This document shows positions 25,225-39,500 of a stretch of 64,000 nucleotides of DNA, piece by piece. The stretch comes from Blasia pusilla (lineage: Eukaryota), in assembly GCA_050084515.1 (NCBI GenBank), contig CM114271.1, positions 124,001 to 188,000 on the forward strand, written 5' to 3'. The position numbers were made by a program, and so were the translations under genes. Position 1 is the stretch's first letter; every line of letters starts with the position of its first letter. Below the pieces are notes generated by a model. That model searched no databases, was not told the DNA's origin, and saw only the letters and a program-made list of their open reading frames with translations.

Positions 25225-25478
25225 CAACACTTAAATCACCAACAACACAATAGAGGTAATATGAGAACATCTGTAGAACTATGGCTACTACTAAGTAGGC
25301 CTCTAGTATTGGCGTCTCCAACTGCTTAGCCCACCGCAAAAGCCCATTTGCTTGGGCACGTTGCAAAGCTATGGAGACCCTTCGCCTATAATAAAGTATC
25401 GCAATGGATAAGAACAAATCATTTTTTGATTGGAAATGATGGGCGCAATCCGTAAGGAACAAGTCAAACCTCTCCCAA
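25225..25478 (-). mobile_element. CRE element 3' fragment
   Basis: Translates to FLTDCAHHFQS..RRRVSIALQRAQANGLLR, matching the C-terminus of ORF 5698-6672. Confidence 0.85.
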
Positions 25479-26069
25479 TGAAAGTAGGATTGACATTATA
25501 ATAACATGTTCGGATCAAGCACCTGGATGACACCAACTCTTCACAATTTTACAACGGCAAGCACCCTCCTCGTAGCAATTCACATTAATTTCTTCCAGAT
25601 CTCGATCAGTGTAGTAAATCCTTGTAGTTTCACTACCTACCAAAGGTAAGGTGCGCAGCAAACCCGACTCGACGTCCAAAGTTTAAAGGGGAAATTTGTG
25701 TGGAAGTTGGGTAACTTCCAGCGTCCTTTGGTTCCACTTTGGCACGATCAAGCCACCTAATGCTTATTTCCAAATAAAATTTAAATTTTTTCTAAATATT
25801 TTTTTTTATAGAAGCACTTAAAAAAAATTCGTTAATAATAGACATTACAAATTATATTAGCGGGTAACATTGAAAATTGGGACTTCGTTGCATAATCCTG
25901 AAAACCTCACTAAAAACGCTCTATAAGAACACACAGCTACCTACAAGAAGTGACTCTTATTACACGTCGATTAACATCATGATACTAGCAGCGGATTTAG
26001 ATGCGCCGGAGGGGGCGATTGAGTCGAAAATTTTACTTTTATGAAATATACGAGCTCAAAGTATCCATT

Positions 26070-29000
26070 ATACGGATATTGTACTAATTTCTGGAGGAAT
26101 TTAGCTCCATTACTCAAATAACCTGAAGAAGCCCCGCATTAGAAAGGAGGAAGTTGCTGCGTGTTAGGTCATTGAATGTCGTGTCGAGTCGTTGTCGGCT
26201 ACCGTTGACTAACGAAGAAACAGTCATCCGCTCCTCGTCAGTTCTACTGACATTCAGTCAGAATTTCCTGGCAATGGGAGTAAAGGCTCCTATTATCCTA
26301 AGGCAACAAATTGATGAGACGCGGTCCGGTCATACGTCACCACGCGTCAATTTTGGTCAATGACAAAGAAGCAAAAGGCCTGGGACAAAGGCCTCTCACA
26401 ACTCAAGCTTACGCCGCGTCACTCAAGGATGATCTCGGTTGTTCACACTTCAACCGGAGTCGTTTCGTTGGGCTCGATCAAAGTCATCAGTCGCATATGA
26501 GTGACGTATCAGGCTCTGATGAGCCTACAAATTTGGATGACGTGTGCAAATGTGGATGACGTGTGGATAGGTCATGCGGGGTCCGAGAGTCAATTTTGGC
26601 CGATCACACGGAGGCCAACATGCATAGCTAAACAGTTTATAAGCCCAGAGGCGAGCACTGCTTTTCACTACTCAAACCGATCCCTCGAGAACGATCTAGC
26701 TCTCTGGGAACTCCATTTCTTCGCTAGATAACGCAATCCTTGCGATCGACTTACAGTCTTTCATCGATCTCCAACGCTAGCAGTCGATCATGGCCATCTT
26801 ACGAGTTCTCTGTGTGGCACTGCTACTCGCAGCATTGACCGAAGCTGCGAAGATTGAGACGTTCAATCCGGCCAGCTGTGATGGTAATCCTACCAACACC
26901 TTCTTCGTGGGAGGTAATACCTGTCAAATTTTCAATGACCAGGGCGCAGTTCGCATCACCGAAGTCAGCGGCGACACCCGAGTGTCCATCCATAACCAGC
27001 AGGATTGTGAGCAGTACAGTAGTGTGGCGCAAATCTATGGACCGGGCTGTGTTGTGCAAGGCAGAACCGCGCTGCGCGCCGTCTGGATTCAGGGTTGATC
27101 CGCGACTTCGTGAAAAATTACTCAAGGTGCGGCCTGCTCTAACCTGATTCGTATAATCTGATCCTAGTTTGATTTCACGGCGTCGAATGCATGTTTGCTA
27201 GATGGCCGCGAGTCCACTTTTAATATTCTTTGCAACACATCTATGATGCTCGTGCAGTTCTTACTTCAGCTATAACAGCGCTGTCCGGCTTGTCAGTGCG
27301 CTTGGTGTGGCTAGTTATGGACGTGTAGACGGTTTTCTCATCTAGTTCCACGTCTTTAATTTTGGCTGCTCGCATCGGTTTGTAGCTTAATGGTTTAGTT
27401 GGTCTGACATGGACCGATCCCCTGCTATCTGCAATTTGTGTCGTTTGAACCAATGCGTTGTTGCCATTAGCTGACGTATCGTAACTTTTTGTTTTGCTTC
27501 CTCAGTGCACGGCGTTGCAATAAAGCCAGCAAATAGAAGCGAGAAGGGGGAAAGTGGCAGTTGCAAGGACTTCCACCTTAGCAACGCTAGTCTTGCCGAC
27601 GTAGGTAATAACTGGTTTGGTATATTCACGTACCGGATTATATTATTCTGTTGGTCCAGAATATAAATAGATATGAATAACACACTAGTAGTGTGCTCAT
27701 ATTGTGAGCTTATTATGCAGAAGCTTAAAACCCAAGAAGAAACAGGATCAAATTTTCTAGAATGTTGGTACACAGTTTCGTTAGGAAATTGTTTCATTAG
27801 CCTGTTCAGGTAACCATTGTGTCATCGCACACCCGTCAGTGAGAAAATCGGGGTTAGTTGGATTCTTGTCGAAATATTGTGCCGACTCGCATGATACACC
27901 TGTTTCAATATACCTCTTATTAATCACAAAAAGAGAGTTGTTGTAATTTCTCGTACGTCATTGTCGACTTCTTGTGCCGTCCTCGACGTGTGGTTCCATC
28001 TGTCAAGCCCGTTCTGAAATGCACCGAGAACTCAATTTGGAATGCGAATTTCTCCTACGAAATGAAAGTCATATGAAAATGATGAAGTCCTGATCCATCC
28101 TTCTAAAAGGTGGCCGCATAGTAACTATGGGCAATCCGTTGACGCAAGAAATTATTAATGGGGTCCAATTATTAATACCATACATTGTGCGCTCTAGATC
28201 TAGCGATCGCTACCTTCACGGCTTATGGCCTAGACAGCCCCGTCCTTGTAGCACTTGTTTGTGATACATTCAAACAAATGTTACGTTTACTGAACAAACC
28301 ACAAGAAAAGGAAAATGTACGCACATGTGAGTAAGTGTTGGATCAATACATGGTAACAGAGTTAGAAACCAATTCCTTGAAATCAGAAAATCTCTAACAA
28401 GACACATTCACAATGATTGAGCCCAGGATTAGTCGAAAAGTCTCGTCAGTCTTGGTAGTGTCACAAGTTAAAACGAGTCAATCACGGGTCTATATAAGTT
28501 CATCGCGCTCTTGATTTCAGTATCAGGCAGGCACACCGACAAGTTTCAGTTTCAATGTCGAGCACAAACTTTTGGAGCGATGTTTAGACGAGTTAATCTC
28601 ATGTGCGATATGAATGGGTGTTAGAAATACCCCATGGAAATATCTCAAACGGGAACTGTAGACATTATCACGGCGTAGGCACTCCCTAGGACTCAGTTGT
28701 AGCCCTATACTATGTGTGCCCATACTCACTTTGAATCCATGACACAATGGAGGCCCAAAAAATACAATAGGATTCTATACTTCAGTACTAGAGCTTCAAA
28801 CAGGTAAGATACTTGTGTTTCGATCGAGCACCTTGTACATACCCCGTTCAATTCCGACTCGGAATAAGTTCCAGTTCAATCGTGATTGGCAGGAGAAGTC
28901 CAAATCTGGAGAGCCTCTGGAGTACGCGCTTACTCCCACCAACGCCAGGTTATCCGGCTACAGTTGATATGAAATGCACTCACATTTACCTCGTAATACA

Positions 29001-29755
29001 CCTGTCTTTCTTCAAAACGAATAGTCCGACAGCTGAGAAATTTGAAGCCAGGCGGAGAAGAAGCATGCCGTCGAACAAGAGTGCATGGATGAGGGCATGA
29101 CGATGAGGTTTGGTTGGGGAGGAACCAAAATTATAACAAGAGCTTGCCGGAGAAAGGGTAAGCTCTGGAGCCGGAATGAAAGATGCCTAACGACTGTAAA
29201 TCCAACTAAATCACCTTCACCAAAATCGTGACCAATCGCTACAATACTGTTGGACAGACTCTCGTTTGCGACTCGTGATCTTCAACCGAATTTAGTCAAG
29301 CTGACTTTCGTTTGTGAGCGGTGTTTAAAAACGGAGTTTCTGAGCCGTACGGTGAAATCACGGTACGGCTTTAGGACGACGCAGAAGAAACTAAAGCGAA
29401 TCCCTTCCATCCAGTTTCTGTGGATTACTTTGGATTTTGAATCGGTTTTAGACACTTTGATCATTTATCATTCGGCAGGTGTGGATGAGTTCACTTGAAA
29501 CGTGTGCTCACAACAAGCCAACGTACTAACCATCACTGGCGTGACCCAATGGTCACCTGCTCCACAAAATGAGACAATTTCCAACGAGACCGTGTGTCAC
29601 CTTTCAGGAGGCCGTTCTAGGCGTCTGCACACGTGGCCATGTTTGCTACAGAACAAAGTAACAGTAGGACCGCGCGCCGCGCTTGGTAACATATCATTTA
29701 CTTACACTGGACTAGCCAGTGAGCAAACCTACATGACGAACGAGACTCAGGCAGG
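26070..29755 (+). repeat. ~3.7 kb segmental duplication unit B carrying gene copy 3
   Basis: Colinear with 11870-15612, with multiple indels. Confidence 0.85.
26790..27098 (+). CDS. Secreted 4-Cys small protein, MiAMP1-like (copy 3)
   Basis: Intact 102-aa ORF with 3 nt differences from copy 2 and TATAA at 26638. Confidence 0.9.
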   Translation: MAILRVLCVALLLAALTEAAKIETFNPASCDGNPTNTFFVGGNTCQIFNDQGAVRITEVSGDTRVSIHNQQDCEQYSSVAQIYGPGCVVQGRTALRAVWIQG

Positions 29756-29807
29756 TAAGAATCTCAATGTGGCCTCGCAGCCCTCGACAGAGAGAAACCA
29801 AACGAGG

Positions 29808-30112
29808 AACCAAGGTTCTGGTCAGGCAAGCGCAGAGTATACAACTCATTTAGAAACCTGATCCTTCTATGGCAACCGCAAAATTTACTTCTCAGTTAGA
29901 AAGCTAGGTCCCGGTCAAGCAACTGCACAGTATATTACTCAATTAGACAGGTCGATCCTGGTCGACCAAGTGCAGAGTGTAATTCTCAGTTAGAAAGCTA
30001 CGTCCTGTTCGAGCAAGAGCAGATTATACTTCTCAGTTAAAAAGCTAGGTCTTGGTGGAGCATGCCCAGATTATACTACTCAGTTAGAAAGCTATGTCCT
30101 GGTGGAGCACAC
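29808..30112. repeat. Degenerate ~47-bp minisatellite, about 6 units
   Basis: Recurrent ctcagttagaaagcta.gtcc.ggt.gagca...cag..tata at ~29891, 29985, 30032 and 30078. Confidence 0.8.
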
Positions 30113-32337
30113 AAGGAAATAAAATATATGTAGAAAAAGGATGGGATGTCCTGGTGGAGCAAGCCCACAGCTAGACAGCTAGGTCCCAAGTCCAGCAAGT
30201 TAGAATGGGCCCCACCTTCTGTAACCCCAGATATCACCCCTGACAGACGAAGTGCTGCGCCGTAGGCTTGTCCGACCAACACGGCCTGGTCCGATCCCGT
30301 CCCAGCATTTGCGCAACATTTCCTGGACTGCTGGCGGCTCGCAATCCATCTGGAAATGAATGGAGAGACGGGTGTCAGCACCAAGTTCGGTGATGCGAAA
30401 GACATTGAAACTCTAACCCAGTTTTTCCGCTCAGGAGAAGCGTGTCGGTAGGAGTTCATCACAGCTCGTAGGCCGTATTGAACGTTTCAATCCTTGCACC
30501 TACCGTAGTACCGTCACTGCACCCAGCTAGTACAGACAATTGCTTAAGTCGGCCCCCAGTCAACTTTAATCCCTAGACTGGCCCCCTCTGTAATTTTATT
30601 GCTCCGGTGGCCCCTTCACCCACAATCACCCTTCCACGGCGGTCCACTCAGAGTTTTAACACCCAGTACAACCATCCACAATCACGTTTGTAGTTGGCAT
30701 CCGGGCCGGTGGTGGCCTTCACGCGCTCAAGAAAAATTGGGACTAAAAGAGTTGTGGGGATTGTGACATCTTACACTCGAAAGCAATCAGGAGGGTTAAG
30801 ATAGGTGGTGTTAGTTGTGGGAAAATATATTTCTCGCGCCGGTTTTCTTTCAAATTTAACAAAGAGAATTTCCGGTATAAATCTGGCATTTTTCAGATCT
30901 GCACCAAAAATTCTCAAATCTGAACTGTCTTCCCGAATGCCAGCTCTTTCTGAACCTTGACGACAAGTTCTGGGATTCAAGATTAAACAGGTGGACTCCA
31001 AGTCAAAGCTTTGCCGTGGAGTGACTAGTCCACCGTGATAGGTACAATTGGATTTCAACACACGCTTATGTATATGATGAATTCTTCTCCCTGAATGAAA
31101 TCCTCCTAACATCCAAGTACTTTTTTGAGGTGATGTGCTTTTTCCATCGATTGGATTCATAGCACTGGACATGAAGCCATAACTTAACGGCTTCTCGGAC
31201 TACTATCCATTTTATTATAAAAACAAATCTCAAAAGAGGACAAAGAAAGTAATAACATCTCAAAAGAGAAGTCATCAATTCACAGACGAGTGAAAAATCG
31301 TAAGTCTAGACAAGAAAACTCATAGCCTGCAGGAATTGAATGTAAGTTTGACTGCATCGTATAGTCTTAAGGATCAATCGCCAAAAATGGAACTCAGTTG
31401 GATGAGTTATGAACTTCAACCGAACTTAATTAATGAGCCTTCCCTTTGTGGGAGCAAGGAGTCAAGGACCGTTCAATTTCCTGATTTGAGTCTCGTCGGT
31501 GCATTTGAGAACGGACTTAACACATGGAATCACATAACAGCACAAACCAGAAATTTGATGACGAACTGGAAGAAATTAGTGTAACTCCCTTCGATTATGG
31601 CACACTTTCTCTGGATTACTTGGATTTTCATTAAAACTGGTTTCAGCGACTTTATCATTTATCAGAATTTGCTCATGTGATTCGACAAGCCAAATACCGA
31701 ACAGTGTACGCGCAACCAATTGCAAAGTACCAAGACCAGAGCGACGATTTCAAAACGAAATTGTTTTTCAACAGACTCTTTCTTTGGAGTTGTAATAGTG
31801 TGAACATGCGCCCATGATTGGTACATAATAAACAGAGAATAAGGGTAATCTATTATTCTTGTCCGCTGGACCGGCCGCTGCTCAAAGCTACATGCAAAAG
31901 ATGTGCATAATATAATTGGGTATCTTCACGTGTCGAAACAGTAGTTTTACCATGTCGACCAGAGTTGCATTGCCGCGATGGACCCTGGAACTTGCCCGGT
32001 ACCTTAATTGTCGCATATCAGCATTTGACGTGACCCCGAAGTTCCCTGCACTTGTCGAACCCATACGCTCAGCATCTAGAATCAAAAGAAATAAAAGGAT
32101 CCAGAGGATTGGTCCATGAAGTAGAAGCAGACCCACTCATTTAAAAACCGGTCCAACTGTGCTCTCTGAGAAATAGAAGTAGAAAGAGACCCTGTGCAGC
32201 AACAACAATTCCAAAGGTTTTGCAAAGAAATTTAAATTTAGGTTTGCAGCCAATTTTGCCAACTCGCTGTCAACGGCTTGAAAACACACTTGGTCCGGGC
32301 CGAGCAAAGGAACAAAGTAACCTCGCAAAATCAGGGA

Positions 32338-32696
32338 TCAACCCTGAATCCAAATTACAAAGCCCGCTCTGTAGGTTTTTGCAACACTACTATACTGCTC
32401 ACAATCCATCTGGTTATTGAAGAAATTATTTTTGTCCACCGGACCCCTTTCGCATGTGTGACATTGACATCGCATTTTCACATCTAGATTTCAAACAATT
32501 CTGAATGAACACACAAGTGTCGGTGACGGTGACGAACGGTCATCGAACCTCGGACAAGTATCGCCGCCTACGAGGAACGAACGTATTGGTAGGCCGGAAG
32601 TCCATCACAGCTGGCCTTATTGAACGTCTCAGTCTGTGCCGCTTCAGTAACTGCTGCCAGTAGGGGCAACACACATAGAACTTGTACGAAGGCCAT
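32338..32696 (-). pseudogene. MiAMP1-like secreted peptide pseudogene (copy 5)
   Basis: The minus strand reads MAFVQVLCVLPLLAAVTEAAQTETFNKASCDGLP, then frameshifts and an ~85-bp insertion, then NQMDCEQYSSVAKTYRAGFV.WIQG-TGA. Confidence 0.88.
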
Positions 32697-34727
32697 GATC
32701 GGTCGGTGAACACGAATGGATCCTATTCGTTAGCTAGGGTGCGTCTGAGTGACTGTGGTCAAGTCGAAGGAAACAACTCCAGTTTAAGTGTGACAGAGCT
32801 ACATCGTCCGTCAGCGTAAAGTTGAATTGTGAATGATCGTACTCATCCCCAGGCTTCTCAACTTTAAAGCCATGCATGAGGTTTACATGCTCCTTAACGT
32901 GTGGTCGCGCATAACCGATCCACGTGATATCAAACTTGCTGTCACAGAAACTTGTCCTCACGATGTCCTCATGAAGGGCAGAGTGAATGTCAGAAGAAAA
33001 AAGTCGACGAGGACTGCAGGACTTTTTCTTAAGTCGAGCACCCCTCTAACATCTACTTGCGGTTGTTATACTATGCAGCTTAACTCGGGTTGTCGGACCG
33101 AAGCGCCTGACTGCACGCGGACATTACATGCGTGCAGCCACGCAGTGGCTTTTTATATGTTTCGTCATCGATCTGGTTCAACCCCGATTTCCGTGATGAG
33201 AGCAGATGCGCAGCACCCTGGCCATTGAACGTCCGACAACCATTGCCGCGTATGACGAAGATTTGGCTCTAGTTCTTTACGGATGGACGTTTCGAGCATC
33301 TAAATCTACGCAGCTTCATTTAGTCCTACCAAAAGCAGAAAATAGACCAAGACCCGGTACGATCTCCATGATACGTTGCTGAAGACGACTAGATATAACT
33401 CGTTACTTAGAGGAGCTGATGAGATGTGATGTAATGGAGTTCTACTACTATTCCTTCGGAGAAAGCGTGGTAGGTACCGTTTCTAGGATCGTACCTCAGG
33501 CTCTTAAATGCGCTGCAAGGGCAATGAACTGTACATGCATCCTCCAAAATTCGAGGTGTGACAAAAGTTTTTTTCATACTCTCTTTTATAGCTTGTCTTG
33601 TTAGAATTTCTCTTCTAATATATCATTTCTATATTTTCCGTAGTGGGTGTCTATTACATCGTATTTGTGTATTTTAGATTTCGAGCGCATGTTCATGGTT
33701 TACATGTCTGTAAAGCTTCGCCTTTGCTTCCATGTAAATCCTTGGTACCCACGTGGGGAGCCCATCTACCTGATCGTAGTTTGGGAATAGCCCAGCTTGT
33801 GAGGTTCCACTGCAATATCAAGCGGAGTTTGCTCTCGTACAAGCGACTGGCATCGTGCAGTCTTGAATTCAATTCAGTCCACGGTACCATGAAAGTATGA
33901 AACGCGTTCTCGGTGAATCGGGCATGACAAGGAACGTAAACTCATACATTATGAACGTCTAATTGTATACTTAGATTTATCACTAACATAGTGACAAGGA
34001 GAACCTAAGCCTATTTTCCTCAATTAGGTCGTCCGTTTTGAGGTAACGCCAGAAATGAAAGGAGTTGACATGCGTTCCAACCAGATCGAAACCAAAAGCC
34101 TTCACTCTGGAGTTAGAGTGGACTCGTCTGGTCCTCTCTCAGAAGGTGTATCGGATCTCTTCATTTCGAGAATCTCACATATGATCCACGAATGAGCATT
34201 CAAATTTGCGCAGCAGAAATGAATTCGCTTGTTTTGAGGGGATCCAATTATTTGGTAAAACCTGAGATATGACCCATGAACGGCCATTCAATTCTGCCCA
34301 GAGACAGCTGTTCACAATCGAGGCTAATGGTAAACCACACGATCGGGCGCAGGAACTCCTCAAATGTCAACATCACAACGTAAAGTTTGAATAACCACCG
34401 ACTGCGTAAGTGAAAAACAAAATGATAGAAAAAAAGTAAAAATCAAGAATGGAAACATACGTGTCAGACGGCTTTTCCACCAAGGGTGATGTATGACCAC
34501 AACTCAATTTCGATGAATCAGTGTTATGCAACTAACCACACCCTAAATTTCAGACATGCTCTCGCAGTATATAAAACCAGGGTCATGTAATGTCGATCAC
34601 AACTTGGCCTGCAGCTCCAGGACGATCTACATCTTTCTTAGCTGAACTAGAGTCGTGCAGTTTTCTCGCAACTTGCTAAGGCATTCCTAGCAACCAAATT
34701 ATATATAGTACTCTTCAGTGTTCCATT

Positions 34728-35039
34728 ATGGTCATCGTACGAGGTGTGTGTCTAGTAATCCTGGTACTAGCAGCTGTGACTGAAGCTGCGAAAATTGAGA
34801 CCTTCAATCCAGCCTCCTGTGATGGAGCTCCAACCAACACCTTCTTCGTAGGCGGTAATACTTGTCAGACGTTCTTTGATGAGGGTGCCGTTCGCATCTC
34901 CGAAGTCGGGAGCAATACTCGTGTGTCCATTCATAACCAGAGAGATTGCCAGACAAGTAGCAGTGTTGCACAAATTTACGGACCAGGCTGTGTTGTCCAA
35001 GGTGCAACCAAACTGCGCGCCGTCTGGATTCAGGCTTGA
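34728..35039 (+). CDS. Secreted 4-Cys small protein, MiAMP1-like (divergent copy 4)
   Basis: Intact 103-aa ORF with a signal peptide and all four Cys conserved. It has many synonymous changes versus copies 1-3, and TATATAAAA at 34568. Confidence 0.9.
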   Translation: MVIVRGVCLVILVLAAVTEAAKIETFNPASCDGAPTNTFFVGGNTCQTFFDEGAVRISEVGSNTRVSIHNQRDCQTSSSVAQIYGPGCVVQGATKLRAVWIQA

Positions 35040-36554
35040 TCCCTGATATCGTGGTGTTGCTTGAGGTGCGATCCTCGTAACACTATTCTTATATTCTTAT
35101 TCTCTCTGCTTGCTATGCTTGAGTTCAATTCCCGACCGCACGTTAAGTAAAAGTTTCTTGGTATGATTTTGAGATTCTTTGCAAGATCCTCATAGTCCTG
35201 CTGCATTCTATCGCACAGATCTGGGTAACCCTGTCAATGAGGCCAGAAAGCCTCATCGATGGAGCCAGATGTGTGCGGTATATATATTGTTATTGGGGAG
35301 TATCCTTTCATTTTGCGAAGACTTCTCGACTCCGCCGTTCCAAATTAACAAATTCATTTAAGCTGGTTTAAACTCGTTTCACTCTTTCCGCACATGCTAT
35401 ATAATTACGGATCTTCAACTTTATCTCGTTCGCTTCGGTTTGTTCCTAAATGGATATGATCTCTCCTAATAAAACCCCATGGTCCCCTTCATTTTTTGCA
35501 TGACGTTTGAGCGAATCGTTCTGTTTGGTGCAGCCATGAGTAGAACAGGTCACCAGTTATAAAGGCTGCTATGTGACGAGGCAAGATGGATTTTCACTTC
35601 TAAAGACGTCAGCAGTTTGGGACCTACAAATACAAATAAGAGATGTATGCACGTCATTTGCTATGCATGATACCCATAGTTATATTAATATTCTAGGCTG
35701 CCTCCTTATGCAACTTTACAATTGCCTTTTCCGGCCAAATAAATACGAACATACTAGCTGCATGCTCGTAATTTTCTTGTCTTATGTGGCACGCTTGGAT
35801 ACGAGATGAGCACCATTCTTATGACACGCATCAAATCTTGTTTAGCTCCCATACAATTTTACGTCATAACCATAACAAACCTAGTAATTCCGAGGGTATT
35901 CTGAGAATAGTATAAACTGCCTCTCACGTCAACTTTGGATCATTTCATATGATGGACTTCCGTTCATATCATTCGCTGGCTGAGGTGGGGGCGCCCCGAC
36001 AAGGAAAGGGGGTTTCGGTGGCCTTTGGTGCTCATGCACTAGCGGAGGTCGCCAGCAATTGACGCTTGAAATTTTTCCTAAATTTGGGTACCCGGAGCTC
36101 ATTACGCTTTAAATATTTCCGAAAATTGGGTGTCCGGGGGAACTTGATGTCAACAAGAGTTGCGTTGTCGAGTTGATTATGGTGAACGAATTCGGAACTG
36201 TCCATGGATCCATCAGCATCGTAGCTGTAGACGTCATCCCAGCCGCAGCTGCACAAATCAAAACGATACGTTCAATATATGGAAACGAGAAAAGGGACCA
36301 TGGGGCTTGGGTCTTTGAGACAGCGAAAACCCGATGCCCGCATGCTAAAGCTCACGACCCGTAGTTAAGAAAACAGGAAAACGTCAATCAATCCATATCC
36401 GGGGGCACCAGCCTAGAGCGTATTGGTAGGCGAGAAACCTCTTCCGAAATCACATAAACTATACTTCTCTCCAGCAGAAAAGAAGAGCAGGCATGCGCGA
36501 TTGTACATATGCAGCAATCGAAATTATAGGTATCTTAGAAGGGATGCCAAAATC

Positions 36555-39500
36555 TGAAGTTTATTTCAACAATTCTGCTCAGCCGAATTTTTGGTCACTG
36601 CCATTGATTATCTCAAGCCTTTTATACAATGATGAGCCTAACTCGTATATGCAGCGTTTACGTTGCATCCTCTTTGAACACAGATAGAATCTAAAACAGT
36701 GATCTAAATCTTTCAAACTTAGAATTAGGAAGGCCTTTGGTGAAGATGATGTCAGAAGGCCTTTGGTGAAGATGTCAGCAACCTTTGGGGAAGAGTGGAT
36801 TTCTTATGGAAGAGTGGATTTATGGACAAATAAATAGAACTAATGTTATCTCCCAAGATTAGAGTAGGATTAGGACTGGGTAGACCGAAGCTCAGCCAAT
36901 AGTCCTCTAAGCCATATGGCTTCCATTGTGACATTTGTCAATCCACGGTATTTTGCCTCCATGGAAGATAGAGAAATTGATGAGAAGAAATATCTTGAAG
37001 GTGATTTGCGAGTTAATGGACAACCTGCATAATCAGCAAGATTATAGGAGAATCAAACATAACTGCAAGAGATATGATCACTCAAATCGTGGTCATTTTT
37101 GCAACCCTTGAGGTTGTTGTAGATATACCTCTTCTTCCAAAGTGCCATTTAAGAAGGCATTTGAAACATCCATCTGCAATAGGGGCCAATCAAACATAAC
37201 TGCAAGAGATATGATCACTCAAATCGTGGTCATTTTTGCAACTGATGCATATGTCTCATCATAATCAATGCCTTGGCGTTGTCGATAGCCTTTTGCTACT
37301 AGCCTTGCCTTGTACATGGACAACGATCCATCAGCGTTGTACTTACACTTATAAACCCACTTTGTAGGGATAGCAGTCCTCCCTGATGGGAGACGGACCA
37401 GGTCCCATGTTCGGTTGGCAACTATGGCATTGTACTCCTCGGTCATTGCATGTTGCCAATGTGGATTAGTGCATGCCTCTTGGAATGATTGAGGCTCAAT
37501 GGAAGCTTGCTAAAATGGTGTATGACTTAGAAAGAAAGCCATGTGTAAAATGTAATCCTCTCGTAAGTTGGAAAGAAGTTGGCGTAGTCGACTTGACCTT
37601 CGTGGAGGTGGTAGCGCAAGTGTGGGCTCCATATTGTCCAATCCTTGACCTCTTTCACCAAGTGTTGGTGGTGGATCAACATGAGTTGTGGGCGCTGAGG
37701 ATGGTCTATCCTTGTCAGATTCATTTTCTCACTCCTCGTTCTTGGAGGTTTGAGGCCACTCTCGGTCGTTTGATTGATGCTCTTCGGAGTGGGGAGTGTC
37801 TTCATCAAATATGACGTCACGGCTCATAAACACCTTGTGGTGCTCCAAGGAGAAGAGCTTGTAAGCTTTCTCTCTAAATCCATAGCCAATAAATATGTAT
37901 CTCACACTTTTATCATCAAGTTTTCTCCTCAATTCTTTTGGTATATGTGCATAAGCTCCACACCCAAAGATGCAAAGGTGTGAGACATTTGGTTTGATGC
38001 CAGTGAAGACTTCTTCAGGCGTTTTCTCCTCCAAAGCCCTTGTTGGGTACTTGTTGAGGATGTAGATGGCCGTGTTTATGGCCTCTGCCCAGAGATAGTT
38101 GGGGAGATTTCGCCCCTTCAACATGAACCTTGCCATCTCAACTACCGTTCGATTCCTCCTCTCAACAATACCAATTTATTGTGGGGTGTAGGCCGTAGTA
38201 AGTTGATGATGGATGCCATGATCGCAACAAAAGGTCTCAAATGCTTTCCCCATGAATTCACTTCCCCTATCCGTTCGTATCATCTTCACCTTTGAGGGCG
38301 GCTCGCCAAGATGTAGATGCAAGGATCCCACTGCTGTAGTAGATTGAGTTCTCATCAATGTAAGAAATTTCTTGAGTATACCTAATGCATTGGATTTGTG
38401 TTGTAGGAAATAAACCCACATAAATCTTGAATGGTCCTCAACTAATAGCATGTAGTACCTTGCCCCTGATAGTGAAGCCGTTTGAATTGGTCCTCCAAGG
38501 TCGATGTGGACTGGGTGGAGGGGAGTTGGAGCCCTTGAGAGGATATGTTTGTCATACTTTTGCATTGATTGCTTGCCTCGTAAGCAAGTGTCACAAGTGG
38601 ATATTTCTCCAATTAATTTAGGTAACCCTCCAACCATATTGTCTTTGCTTAACAACTTGAGGTCCTTCGTGTTAAAGTGCCCAAGTCTTTCATGCCAAAC
38701 TTGTAGTTGGTTTAAAGATCTTGCAAATAGTTGAGGGCTCGGCTTGCTAAGAAGTTTATATAGTCGTCCATACCTCACTCCTTGGGCAGCGACAGAATTT
38801 TCGGCCTCTTGTAAGAACTCGCATCCTTTGGAATAAAAAAAAACCTTCATTTTCTCTCTTTCGATGATATGGCCGATGGAGATAAGGTTGTGTGTTAAAG
38901 CTGGAATATGCCACACATCCTTGATTGTATAATCTTCACCCGAGGGCAATGTCACTTGCACATCTCCTTCCCCAATTGCAGAGTGAATGGAGCCGTCTCC
39001 CATTGATACTTCAGGTCCATTCATCAAAGGTTTGTAAGATGTGAACCAACCTTTATTTTTTATCATGTGGTTGTTGGCGCCGCTATCAATGAACCACTTG
39101 TCCACTTGGTTTGTGGTAACCAATGCCGAGATAAGTCCTCGTGCATCATCTTCACTTTCTAGTGTGAGTGCTTGATTGGTTCTCCTATTCTTGGCGAGGA
39201 AGCTTCGTTGCTTTTCTTGTGGTCTCATTGATCGATTGTGGCAATCATTTCTGTACCAACATTGATTGGAGTCATGGCCAATCTTACCGCATATTGTGCA
39301 CTACTTCTTGCTGGTAGTGCTATAGGTCTTACCATTGAACTTTTTCTCGGTGGTGCGGAAGGTTTGCGCTCTTGTGATCGCCTTTCTTCATATTGACGAG
39401 GGAATGTTCCCTTCTTCTGGCTGAATAGAGCGCTAGGTCCCGACTCTTGTCCTTCTTGGGCAGCAAGGTTGTTGGGTCTCCTTTCTTCGTCAAGTAGGAG

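Noticed and set aside
29808-30112. Regularly spaced repeats resembling a CRISPR array
   Set aside because: The whole unit is degenerate-repeated with no unique spacers, no cas genes are present, and the context is eukaryotic.
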